DNA of 64,000 nt from contig OZ037765.1 in NCBI GenBank assembly GCA_964035545.1, forward strand, positions 33,975,504-34,039,503, read 5' to 3'. Position 1 is the stretch's first letter. Every line of letters starts with the position of its first letter. A program made the position numbers and the translations under genes. Shown one piece after another: positions 36,601 through 47,911 of the stretch. This DNA is from Bugula neritina (lineage: Eukaryota > Animalia > Bryozoa). Under the pieces are notes generated by a model. That model saw only the letters and a program-made list of their open reading frames with translations, made no database searches and had not been told where the DNA came from.

Positions 36601-37566
36601 AGTGAAAGTTATATCAAGAACAACAAGAAATATGTACTAGTAACTTGATGCATACAGCATCATCTGATTGGCTAAAAACACCAACCAATGGGGAGTGACT
36701 AGACATATACTCACATCATACAAGTGGTTGGACATGAGACAATACAAAGTATCTGTGTTACACAAAATGTGATATTGGTCACAGAATATCTATTTATATA
36801 ATTTACTAATTTCTCTCAGAGTCACCTGGAGACTGAGTTAGCCTAGGGCCACACGGTGCGTATTTTCGCATGCGAAAATTGAAATCACAAGTAGCAAAGG
36901 TATCCACTGTGCGCGTTGAGAAAACCTTCGCACTTGTCGCTCTGCATTTTCAACGCAAGTGCGAATCGTCTCTGTCGTCGTCATCTAATTGGCTGGTAGC
37001 TATTCAGCGAGCCCAATTTCTTTATTTAGTGCTATATTCCAGTAAATTGCGTTTTATTGAAAGCGAGTGCGATTTAAAAATGAAAGCTTTATTTATCACG
37101 CATCACTGACGCTACAGTGGACACCTTTGCTACTTGTGATTTTAATTTTCGCATGCGAAAATACGCACAATGTGGCCCTAGGCTTAGAGGTGGAGTCACA
37201 AATTGAGGTAGAGGCGGAGTTACAGGCTGACATATATTAAGATTATTATATCCTGTGGGAAGTGCTTTTAAGATTTGTATTTAATATTTGCTTACTTTCC
37301 ACAGTTGGAGTTGAAGATGAAGTTGAGGACGAAGACACAGCCTGAGCTGGAGGCGGAGTCACATACTGAGTTAGAGGCGGAGTCAGAAAATGAGTTGAAG
37401 GCAGAGTCATATGCTGAGTGACAGACTGAGCTAGAGGCGGAGTCACAGACTGAGCTGGAGGCGGAGTCACAGACTGAGCTGGAGGCGGAGTCACAGCCTG
37501 AGCTGGAGGCGGAGTCACAGCCTGAATTGGAGGCGGAGTCACAGACTGAGCCTCTGAATCACTCAT
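24213..37566 (-). CDS. Gene A: LRR-ROC-COR-caspase fusion (Roco-caspase), ~1382 aa. Exons 37566-37296, [37255-36825 MITE-interrupted, probably skipped], 36278-36059, 33988-33845, 32866-32723, 32320-32177, 30699-28697, 28597-28532, 28061-27799, 27653-27453, 27295-27073, 26768-26568, 24802-24693, 24371-24213
   Basis: Manual splicing at GT-AG sites gives matching phases and 4149 nt (1383 codons) with no internal stop. Motifs: LRR LxxLxLxxN; P-loop GNTMAGKTS; DMGGQ; THKD; COR-like region; caspase YKMSDPVRGRAMIINN, MSHG, KPKLIILQACSG, GTWFI and C-terminal TLTHFRKLFFFP. Confidence 0.85.
24832..26528. repeat. 14-bp minisatellite (TCATACTCAAAGTR)n, ~120 units, filling an intron inside the caspase p10 region
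   Basis: Tandem units lying between donor 26567 and acceptor 24803. Confidence 0.97.
28697..30699 (-). CDS. Large exon of gene A: last LRRs + ROC GTPase + COR
   Basis: Core of ORF 28650..30827. LRRs (LERLYISDNNF, LQELYISENESL, LRALDVEGC), Roco-type LTSPPLEVCERGVDAVRQYY linker, G1 GNTMAGKTS, G3 DMGGQ, G4 THKD, then LTYMHDCGKVLWY typical of COR. Confidence 0.9.
31783..32026. mobile_element. Short MITE with TAGGGCCAC...GTGGCCCTA termini
   Basis: 9-bp TIR resembling the ends of the 36841 element. Confidence 0.5.
32177..32320 (-). CDS. LRR cassette exon A3 (144 nt, phase 2-2)
   Basis: ISSLKNLEVLNIPENNLSEGLPDNIFTSLLSLRELYMWNCKLSTLPN. Confidence 0.85.
32723..32866 (-). CDS. LRR cassette exon A2 (144 nt, phase 2-2; absent from the ORF track)
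   Basis: Manual translation IYSLKNLEVLNISWNNLSEDLLDNIFTSLLSLRELYMEYCELSTLPN with ttacag / gtgtgt boundaries. Confidence 0.85.
33845..33988 (-). CDS. LRR cassette exon A1 (144 nt, phase 2-2)
   Basis: ISSLENLEVLNMSQNNLFEGLPDNIFTSLLSLRELDMENCKLPTLPN. Confidence 0.85.
34690..35998. repeat. Same 30-bp satellite, ~43 units, between the cap exon and the LRR cassettes of gene A
   Basis: Tandem units read directly. Confidence 0.97.
36841..37183. mobile_element. PIF/Harbinger-type MITE with TTA TSD, inserted in putative exon 2 of gene A
   Basis: ~70-bp TIRs GCCTAGGGCCACA..GTGCGTATTTTCGCATGCGAAAAT; TTA at 36838-40 and 37184-86; the empty site is visible in gene B (~9330). Confidence 0.9.
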
Positions 37567-38706
37567 TCTGTAGTCAATAATTACAGCTGTAGATAGTAGT
37601 ATTTATTCTTATCCGTAGCAGCCATAGAAACCTGTAAAATATTTTAACAGAATATATGATAAAAGCTTGCCATCATCACACTGTTCAGATGTATATAGAT
37701 ACTAAAATATTCAAACACATCAGCAGCCTATGCTGTACCTAAATTATATACACTAGAGTTATGTACTTGTAGGTAATGCATACAGTATACTCCAGTCACC
37801 TCTGAGGTACTTTATTTAGTACTTCCTGTTTCATTCTTTCTCCATGTTAATTCAATCTGCTAGAAACACATGGAAACAAGACTGCTAGCTGATAAGATGC
37901 ACCATGTACTGATTCTTCAGTTTCAAAATCTTGACTATTTATAGTCTAGAAGTAAAATATTAGGTCAATTGACAGAGCAGAGATTATCAGGCAGTGTTTC
38001 TAGGACCCTTTCAGTATTAAAGTCTGAGATATAAACTGAGTATACAACTACTAGTATCTCTTAGCATTACTTCACAAAGCAGAGTCATTGAATCAGATTG
38101 ATTACTTTCTGACTTGAGTACTTTAACATCTCATGACATATCATTTGGCTTTCCTAAACTTGATACAGCTTACTTGTAACTTAGCCAAAAGGTAAAAGAC
38201 TGACTTCACTGCAAATATATTTTGTTCTGTATCCATACTAGTAATAAAGTTGAAGAATTATTATACATACAGATAATTATAACAACACAATAAAATTATT
38301 CGCATGATAATCTTAACCATAGTTGGTAGTAGCAACGTTAATAACTACATGTAATAAAAGTTTTACTAGTAGTATTTCTAGTACCACTCATGATTTTCAT
38401 CAATTATTTCAACATTAGTTATACATTTTTTATAATATTAATATTAGTTTTATTGCCAAATCTAATATAATTTAAATAACATTAAACATCATAATGATTG
38501 TCTAATACCAATGCATTTCAATAAACTCACACAAGTTTATAGCGGCTATTCCTGTGATGGAAAAGTCTCTTGTTAAATCGGGCTAAAGGACTTATTCAGA
38601 TGAGGCACAGGAGAAGCTATAACTGGGTGCTCTTCCTAACATCGCCAATGGCTATTACTTGTGATAGAACCCATGACTTCGATTTTACTAATTGAACGCT
38701 CTAACC

Positions 38707-40398
38707 CAGTGGTTCCCAACCTGAAGGAAATTCCTCCCTAGGGGGGAATTTGGACATTTTAGGGGGTGAATTTGGATTTTGAAAAATTTACGCACTTTGT
38801 TGACAGTTTTTGAATTTTTGAAAGTTACATGTATATGCATATCTGTAAACCTTCATGTTAGTTCATTTATTTAACCAAACCATATTCTGCAATCTCAGTT
38901 TACTTCAAAATGAATGTGTTTATTAATTACTCTACCTAAACTGTTTTCTGTGCTACTTCGAATGAAGGTCAAAAATATGCAAACACCAACAGGCCAACTT
39001 TTAGCAGCCAAGCAAATCAATCTCTATGAACTGTATACTACATACCTAGTGAATATATTTGCTACACTAAATAATCTGAAGCTAAAAATGCAGGAGTGCA
39101 ATCATCATATCATTGCTTTTCATAGCAGCAGCAATGTTTTTTAAAGTTACACTAAAGTCGTGGCGTCTATTAAAAACATGGTGTTTTCCACAGACTCAAT
39201 GAACTTTTACAGGAGAAGAACTTGTCCCGATTTTAGGTAAAAATGGCACAAGTAAAAATGCACACTGGTGTTAGATTTTTCCAAACCCCCCATCCAGAAT
39301 GCCTAACCCCAAACTCAAATCTATAATGTTAATACTGAAAATGCGCCATTTATACTTAATTTTTCATTTGTGCCATTTTTATCGGTGCCATTTTTTCCGG
39401 ACACCAACTGTTCCAGATCGTTTTTTCAAAAAAACTTCTAGGCATCTCTCTGAACTTTTAATCGACTTTTAACGGCATTTCTCTGAGCTACCTCTGACAA
39501 AGAAAGAGCCAGATTTTCAACTTGACATGTGATCCATTGCAACGGTTTGTTAACAAGTTTTCAGAGGAATTACAGGAGGATTTTATTGAATTGGTTAACA
39601 ATTCAGCAATGAAGGGTGATCGGAAATTTTCTCCAGTTGTTGTATTGTGGGTTAGTGTCCAGTAGAAATGGCACAAATGGAAAAGTAGGAAAAAATGGCA
39701 TATGTTTTCAATTTTGGGGTGGGGTTTGGAGTTTGAAAGAAGGGTTTGAGGTGAGGATTTTGGGTTTGTACTTGGGGTTCTGGAGTTTGGGGTGGTGGTT
39801 TGAGTCAGGGGGTGGGTGTTCAAGAGTGGGGGGTTTAGGGTGGAAGTTTTGGGGTTTGAGTTTGGAAAAGTTTAACATCAGTGTGTCATTTCTACCTAAT
39901 TTTCCATTTGTGCCATTATTACCTGTGCCATTTTTACACGCACCAGTTTTACCTAAAATAACCGTGGGTTTCAACAAGCGAACTCTTCCCACACATAACT
40001 GACAAAGCAGAGTTTTGGTGCCATTCAGCACCACCTATCCAAGTGAGGTAGGATTCTCATCAATTCAAAGAGAAGAGAAACTGCCTTAACCTGCAGAGTG
40101 ACCTAAGATGGGCCTGGTCACAAACAGAGCCAGGCTTAAGCAAGCTAGCACAAAAGCATCAACTGCAGCCATAACATTAATAACTGAACTGCTCTGTGTT
40201 TCATAACATAAAATAAGGATAATAATGCTGTTATCATAATTATATTATATGCAAATATAATAGAACAAAATATATTGCATTGTATCATAAATTCTCATTC
40301 ACTAAGTCATAAAATCTGTTCGCTCTTCGAAAGGGGGGAAATTAATAGTAAACATTTATGAAAGGGGGGAATAGTATGAAAAAGGTTGGGAACCACTG
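38707..40398 (+). mobile_element. Non-autonomous hAT (Charlie-like) transposon with transposase remnants and nested TGTGCCATT-repeat insertions
   Basis: TIR CAGTGGTTCCCAACCT / AGGTTGGGAACCACTG; perfect 8-bp TSD CTCTAACC; remnants YLVNIFATLNNLKLKMQ and VPFSTTYPSEVGFS (hATC-like). Confidence 0.88.
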
Positions 40399-41118
40399 CT
40401 CTAACCCCTACAAGTAGCCTAGACCGTGGCTGCTCCCACCAATAAATTTCAATAATATTACTATTAGTAAATCAAAATGATTTACTAATGCTCCTAAACA
40501 TCTCATCTCATCATCTCATCTAATTAATCTCACTCGGAGCGCTTTGGCTCCTTTATCGAGATGCAGTGGTGTATGAACAATTGTTTAGTTTATCAGTAGT
40601 AGGAAGAAAACTATTTTGTCTACGAGATAAGAATATAGTTAATTATGCCTTGATTCAAAGCTTAATAGCTAGCTACTGCCAGGAGAGAGAAAAAAAACAA
40701 AAAAAAAGTAAATAAATAAATAAATATACACCGCACAGCTTCAGATGATATAAAGCAGAGTAGGTGTTAAGTGCTTATAATCAGTTAGGCAAAGCAGCTA
40801 GAATCATTAGAAAAGTTTATGGATGCGATGTTTATATGAATGTATGGCAGTTTTGGTATTGATATTGCCCTTAATAGCACCATGTCTGGTATTGTGAGAC
40901 TCTGCAAAATGAAGGGAGAACCGGTCTTGGTCTATAGCGGCACTACCAGAAAGCATACGAAAGTACATTTTTTGGTCTGCATTGTCAAGTTCGAAATGCA
41001 GTGCTATCACTATGTTTTGGTTGAATTAAAACTTTTTTACATTGGCATTATCTTATGTGTAAAACTAGGTTTACTAAGAGTAAGTAACTAATAGTAATAG
41101 TAATACTAATAGTAATAC

Positions 41119-44100
41119 TGTTATATATAGAAATGACACGTTTCATTTATCTATTATACTTAATGCATCAGTACATAGGTAATGCAGCTTTTCTTTTTGA
41201 TATGTATTAGTAGGTAGCATTTTTGTCTTTAATGTTTTAATAACGGGAGTAGCAATGGACATGCTAGCTCAGCAGCCTGTAATTAGGTCAGGCAGTAGTT
41301 AGTTAGCTCCTAGATAATATACAGCTTGATATGCAATACTAGGCCCACTCTAATTACGATGATGAAAGAGACAATTAAAACAACAAATAATGAGAGACTG
41401 TCTGCTATGCTATTATTATGTTTTTACATCTAAGTAGGACTAATCAAACAATATGATACTCATTAGCATAGCTATACATTGCTGCCCCAAATATTATTAT
41501 TGGATGAGAACTTGAATAGATACATATAGACGTGTAGCCCCAACCCCCCCCCCCCCCTTTCATAACACCAGATCACATGCTCAATCTAATATTTCTCTTT
41601 GTGGATATATATATATATATATACACGGACTGAGAAGAGGTAGAAAAAAGAAAAGATAGACATAGAAGAGAGCAGCTGAAAAGTGAGACAGCAGACTTAC
41701 AAACGACGCAACCCCAGAATACCTGTTCCTGCAGAAACTCCTACAAGAATAAGGTAATCTATTAATGCTTTATATTTAATATCATAAACGCAAAGCCAAG
41801 CGAGTAGATAATTATTTTGGGTATAATAAAAATTACTTAAAATAGTTATAACAATTTTTGGTGGAGGTGCCAAATTCCTAATTTAGCATTACATAGAGGC
41901 TAAATTCTTGCAGTGAATCTGTTAAAACAGATTCTGGAAAATTGTGTGATTGAAGTATATATATTGCTACATTTCTAGTTTGTAGCAATTAACTCACTGC
42001 TGCTAGTTTAGCCTACAGTCGGGGACTGTGGATGATTTAAGTTTAACACAATAGTCTGGGACTATTAGTGTTCAATAGGTATAGTCACGGACTATATTTA
42101 GGGGCCCGAGGTATTGGTAGCAACAACGTGGTTTGCCGCTTGTGGGGACGCCTACAAGTGTTCACCAACAACCTATAGTATAAGCAGCTGTGTCTGGGAC
42201 ACATATTTGGTAATACACTGGGTGTATTTATGTTTATAGCTCTAGGCTGTAGTTCATTTGCCATTAGACTGCTTTGAAAACTTGCACGGGGTGCAAAGGT
42301 ATTGGGTTGCTGATTAGAAGCAACGCCATTGACTATTTGAAAGTCATAAACACTGCATAGTCAGTATTTAAATAATTGCTTGCTTGAGTTTGGGCTGAGA
42401 TAATTGAAGAGTCAATTACTTTATTTTGAGGGTGAATATTTAAAAGGGAATTAAAAGTAATAAAAATTAGACTAAAAATTAACAGTAAAATAAGAAATAT
42501 TTGGTAGCAATTTAAATAATAATAAAACCAGAATAACTATAAAACAGGCTATTAGTCACACAGTAATTGCATAATAAAATTAATTGAAAAAGTAAAATTT
42601 AAAACAAAATAGAATTTAGGTGCCAAATTAATTTTCAACAACCAAAGTTAAAATGGCCAGCAACACAACAACTAAAACAACATCAACTGACGCGATTACC
42701 ACACCTACTCGGTCAACGACATATGAAGATGCAGATGGTGATAAAGTAAAGGAAGTTATGGACTTCTGGGACTCACTCCCTGAACGATACAAAGTAATGG
42801 TTTTGGAAAAGAAAGCCAGAACAACTGGAACTAGGCAGAAAGTGGTTAGCCACACTACTACCACCACTCATACCTTACCAATTACAACAACACCACAAGT
42901 AAGCCATACCATACAGCCAGCCACATTATTTCCCCCGCCTCCAGTTACTTCGAGAACACCGCCAGGTCTTGCCATGCCAACTGAGCCTCAACTTGACATA
43001 AGCCACCATTACCGCCCATACACAACCCCATCTCATTACGTACCGACCTTCATCATGCCGGAGTTTTCAAATTATGAAACCTTTTCAGGCGCACCTAATG
43101 AAAGTTGGGAAAACTTCATCGACCGATTTGAAATACATATCTTAACCTACCAATTTAACGATCAGCAAAAGGCATTAAATCTACCAAGGACATTTCGTGA
43201 ACCAGCTTTCACGAAATATAAAGACCTTATCCGCGAAAAACCCAATTGCACAACAAATTACATCCTACTGAAAGAAGAATTGCGAAAAATATTTACTGTT
43301 CACTCTAGACTGCAAGCCCGAAACCTGAATAACATTGTGCAAGGGAAAAGAACCGTAGGTGATTATTATGTAGAATTAGCGGCAGCATGCCAATCAGCAT
43401 ATGCCGATGTCCCTGAAATTCATAGGAACAAATTCCTCCTCGATAAATTTACCCAAGGACTAAGAGACCCTATCCGCCGAGTAGTAGACTCAAAAAGTAA
43501 TTTGTCACTAAAACAAGCTATAATCGAAGCAGAGAAAGCAGAGCTCTCTGAATTTCCGACCAACCCTCCCAAACTAGTCGCTCAAGTACAGGAGAGAGAC
43601 GACATAGAGCCTCTCAGAAGACAAATTGAAAATCTGAGAGAAATGATACAAAGGCAAACTCATCCTAACAGAGAACAACCCCTACAAACAAGATATGACA
43701 ACAGGCCAGAACAAAATTTCACAGCATACAGGAACGCACCAGGTCACAGAAATTTTGCTCCAAACACAGATAATCAAAAACCAAAACATTTTAATTTCAC
43801 CTGCTACAAGTGCAATGAAAGAGGACACCGTGCTCGAGAGTGTCGCTCAAAACCCATTCATGTCATACAAACTGAAAATATGAATGATGAGGACTACGCA
43901 GAGTATATGTCAAGCAGGCCACCTGAAGATGCAGAGGCTACAATAAATGTTGTTATTATCTAAATTGAAGGAGAGTTGACCAAACGAAATTAAGACAATA
44001 ATTTTTACTCATTTACATACACAGCTCTTTATTAAATAATTTTCTGAATACCAAAGCCTAGGACAATAATATACTATACAGTAAACATTTCCGTTTGGCA

Positions 44101-45907
44101 CCTAAATATTTCAATAATAAATAATTTAAAAGTTAAATAAAATACACAATTGGCTATAAAGAAATAATTGCTTAGTAAATGACAATAGATATAATTGCTT
44201 AGAATTACTTAAGGTCAGTAATTGCTTAATATATGACAATAGTATAGAGAAACCGAGGACGGTTTGTTAATTTTTAAGGGATATATAAGCAAGACTAAAG
44301 TGATTTAAAAAAATAAATAAATGAATGAATAAAAAATTAATTAAAATAGAATAAATAATAACCTAAAAGTCTGAAAACCATTAAAGGTATACTTTTTAAT
44401 TAGTGAGAAATGCTTTAATATACGTCAAGGCTAGTAAAACTGTAAAATTCGAGGTTTGGCTACAGAATTCACAATAAATAAGGTTAATAAGGTGCCAGTA
44501 TTGCCATTTGTTTATTGTAAACTCTTTGAAAGAGTTGTTTTTTCTTTATAAAGTTCATTCGTTTCTTGTGTAATCATAAATTTTAAACTCATTACGATCA
44601 CTGATCGGACAAGTGTAAACATACAATGAATAAGACATTCATATTCGATTTCATCCTGTTAAATTACTAATACTGTACTAGAGTCCGATAGCTATAGACT
44701 TACACTTACAATTTCTCTTAGTATAATTATTAGTTTAGGCAATTATGATTTATCACGGCATATCATGTAATCACTTAATGGCATTTTATTACCGGACCAC
44801 TATTTATAACCAATAATCAAAATTTGCGAAAAACAAAATTGCTTATAAATAGTAGAACTACTATTAGTAGTAATAGTACTAGTAGTATATGTAGACGTAT
44901 TCTTAATCCTATAGAATGACCATCAGTCACTATATTTAATATTCAGACTCAGTCTGACTCGAAGTTTGTTTTTGTTCATTTTGTATTTTAAAGGCATGGA
45001 TGATTATTTAGTGCGAATCTACTATCATAACTGCTTCCGCTTTTTAAATTTACCTGTTGGAATAATAATATTACCAACAGTGTTGATTTATATACATGAG
45101 CAAGAATAATTTTTTTTTTTTGTAAATATTATCAATTAAATTCTGTTATCAGGGACTGATAACTTAATCAGGGGTGAATGTTATATATAGAAATGACACG
45201 TTTCATTTATCTATTATACTTAATGCATCAGTACATAGGTAATGCAGCTTTTCTTTTTGATATGTATTAGTAGGTAGCATTTTTGTCTTTAATGTTTTAA
45301 TAACGGGAGTAGCAATGGACATGCTAGCTCAGCAGCCTGTAATTAGGTCAGGCAGTAGTTAGTTAGCTCCTAGATAATATACAGCTTGATATGCAATACT
45401 AGGCCCACTCTAATTACGATGATGAAAGAGACAATTAAAACAACAAATAATGAGAGACTGTCTGCTATGCTATTATTATGTTTTTACATCTAAGTAGGAC
45501 TAATCAAACAATATGATACTCATTAGCATAGCTATACATTGCTGCCCCAAATATTATTATTGGATGAGAACTTGAATAGATACATATAGACGTGTAGCCC
45601 CAACCCCCCCCCCTTTCATAACACCAGATCACATGCTCAATCTAATATTTCTCTTTGTGGATATATATATATATATACACGGACTGAGAAGAGGTAGAAA
45701 AAAGAAAAGATAGACATAGAAGAGAGCAGCTGAAAAGTGAGACAGCAAACTTACAAACGACGCAACCCCAGAATACCTGTTCCTGCAGAAACTCATACAA
45801 GAATAAGGTAATCTATTAATGCTTTATATTTAATATCATAAACGCAAAGCCAAGCGAGTAGATAATTATTTTGGGTATAATAAAAATTACTTAAAATAGT
45901 TATAACA
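41119..45907 (+). mobile_element. Gag-only LTR retroelement (Gypsy-like, non-autonomous): LTRs 41119-41853 and 45179-45907
   Basis: Near-identical TG..CA LTRs (TGTTATA...TATAACA); 4-bp TSD ATAC; PBS TGGTGGAGGTGCC at 41859-41871; purine-rich tract before the 3' LTR; single gag ORF and no pol. Confidence 0.93.
42653..43963 (+). CDS. gag: Retrotransposon Gag with CCHC zinc knuckle, 436 aa
   Basis: FSGAPNESWENFIDRFE, QGKRTVGDYY, LLDKFTQGLRDPIR capsid-like motifs; knuckle CYKCNERGHRAREC. Confidence 0.92.
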   Translation: MASNTTTKTTSTDAITTPTRSTTYEDADGDKVKEVMDFWDSLPERYKVMVLEKKARTTGTRQKVVSHTTTTTHTLPITTTPQVSHTIQPATLFPPPPVTSRTPPGLAMPTEPQLDISHHYRPYTTPSHYVPTFIMPEFSNYETFSGAPNESWENFIDRFEIHILTYQFNDQQKALNLPRTFREPAFTKYKDLIREKPNCTTNYILLKEELRKIFTVHSRLQARNLNNIVQGKRTVGDYYVELAAACQSAYADVPEIHRNKFLLDKFTQGLRDPIRRVVDSKSNLSLKQAIIEAEKAELSEFPTNPPKLVAQVQERDDIEPLRRQIENLREMIQRQTHPNREQPLQTRYDNRPEQNFTAYRNAPGHRNFAPNTDNQKPKHFNFTCYKCNERGHRARECRSKPIHVIQTENMNDEDYAEYMSSRPPEDAEATINVVII

Positions 45908-46759
45908 ATACTAATAGTAATACTAATACTAATAGTAATACTATGTATAACACCTTTACTTATAGTATTATTTATACTTGTGCTAATAGTAATACTCATA
46001 GTCATACTCATAGCCATATTCATACTGATACTGATAGTGATACTCATACTGAAACTGAAAGTGATACTCATACTCATACTGATACTCATACCGATACTCG
46101 ATCTCATACTGTCACGGTCGCCAGTCGGTTTGTTTTTCAAAATACCATTTATTGTTACCATTGTAACTGTTATTAAATTACTGTTGCATCAGTTACTTAG
46201 TCACACTAAATCTAATAGTGGTACATTTAGTGAGATACTCATACCAATAGAATAAATAACTGAAACTGAAAGTAAATAATTTTTAAATTACATCAATAGC
46301 GATACTGATAGTACTACGCGATCAGGAAGTAATTGGAGCGACTCCACTTGCAAGAGCTTCTCGCTCCATTTCAAGCGTTTTTATTGGTTGCCTTCGAGGC
46401 TCTGTATGCGCTATATTTATATTTATATTGCCTTCGCGTTAGAACAAGTAACAAGAACCAAATAGCCACAGAACAAAATGCTGATTTATGTAAGAGTAAA
46501 AACAAAATAAAATAAACCAATTTTTGTGATGCAGGTTTTTTGGAGCAGCTCCCACAGTGAGGATTGAAGCAGTCCTGCAGTTTAGTACAAGCTATACGGC
46601 TCATATAAATGGCCCCAACATGTAATTAATGTGAATTTTCAGAACACCAGAGACAAGATGACTTACTTCTAATCAGTGATATATAATTTAATATTTATAT
46701 AAGTGGTAAATATATGAATATTGGAACAGAAATGTTGGACCAACTTTTAATCTTCAATA

Positions 46760-46960
46760 GCGTTCTATAGTATGGGCATGTTTGAGAGATGGGGATATCA
46801 GGAGAGTAAATGTAATGGGGATTATAGAGAGAAGCAGAAGGCGTGGTTGGCCAAAACAGCAGTGGAGCGACACAATCAAAACTAACCTCCGTTGGCTAGA
46901 TCTAGACCAGAATGACGCAAGTGACTGAGTGAGATGGAAAAGTTTGGTTCATCTGGAGGT
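46760..46960 (+). mobile_element. Possible degenerate LINE (RTE-like) 3' fragment
   Basis: Decayed YGHV-R...RRRGWPKQQWSDTIKTNL resembling LINE ORF2 C-termini. Confidence 0.4.
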
Positions 46961-47107
46961 TAGGCAAAAGCCGCTACCCGATCAGGAAATGGCGGGAGAA
47001 AGGTGCGAAAGAGCTTTATAACTAAAACTTGCTTTAAGTTGATTTTTGTGCTGCACATTTTTTGCAAGTCAGATACGTGCATGATTTTTAATTAAAGTGA
47101 CTGTTGC

Positions 47108-47706
47108 AGGCCTAGCTATAACCTACACCTCAGGCCTAGCTATATAACCTACACCTCAGGCCTAGCTATAACCTACACATCAGGCCTAGCTATAACCTGC
47201 ATCTCAGGCCTAGCTATATAACCTACACCTCAGGCCTAGCTATAACCTACACCTCAGGCCTAGCTATAACCTGCAGCTCAGGCCTAGCTATAACCTGCAG
47301 CTCAGGCCTAGCTATAACCTACACCTCAGGCCTAGTTATAACCTACACCTCAGGCCTAGTTATAACTTACACCTCAGGCCTAGCTATAACCTGCACCTCA
47401 GGCCTAGCTATAACTTGCACCTCAGGCCTAGCTATAACTTGCACCTCAGCCCTAGCTATAACCTACACCCCAGGCCTAGTTATAACCTGCACCTCAGGCC
47501 TAGTTATAACTTACACCTCAGGCCTAGTTATAACCTACACCTCAGGCCTAGTTATAACTTACACCTCAGGCCTAGCTATAACTTGCACCTCAGGCCTAGC
47601 TATAACCTACACCTCAGGCCTAGCTATAACCTACACCTCAGGCCTAGCTATAACCTACACCTCAGGCCTAGCTATAACCTACACCTCAGGCCTAGCTATA
47701 ACTTAC
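47108..47706. repeat. 24-bp minisatellite (AGGCCTAGCTATAACCTACACCTC)n
   Basis: Tandem units read directly. Confidence 0.95.
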
Positions 47707-47778
47707 AAATGAAAATAAATAGAAATGTCTGAGAACACAGTCACGGGTTACCATTGTCAGAGTTAACTTAACGCCTAA

Positions 47779-47911
47779 GATATGCTTACAGAAGATATGC
47801 TTACAGAAGACATGCTTACAGAAGATATGCTTACAGAAGACATGCTTACAGAAGATATGCTTACAGAAGACATGCTTACAGAAGACATGCTTACAGAAGA
47901 CATGCTTACAG
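47779..47911. repeat. 15-bp minisatellite (ATGCTTACAGAAGAY)n
   Basis: Tandem units read directly. Confidence 0.9.

Noticed and set aside
43964-45178. Hidden pol or env in the LTR element
   Set aside because: No ORF of 60 aa or more and no PR/RT/IN motifs seen; AT-rich non-coding sequence.
45908-46260. Ile/Ser/His-Thr-rich ORFs
   Set aside because: Degenerate hexanucleotide microsatellite flanking the LTR insertion.
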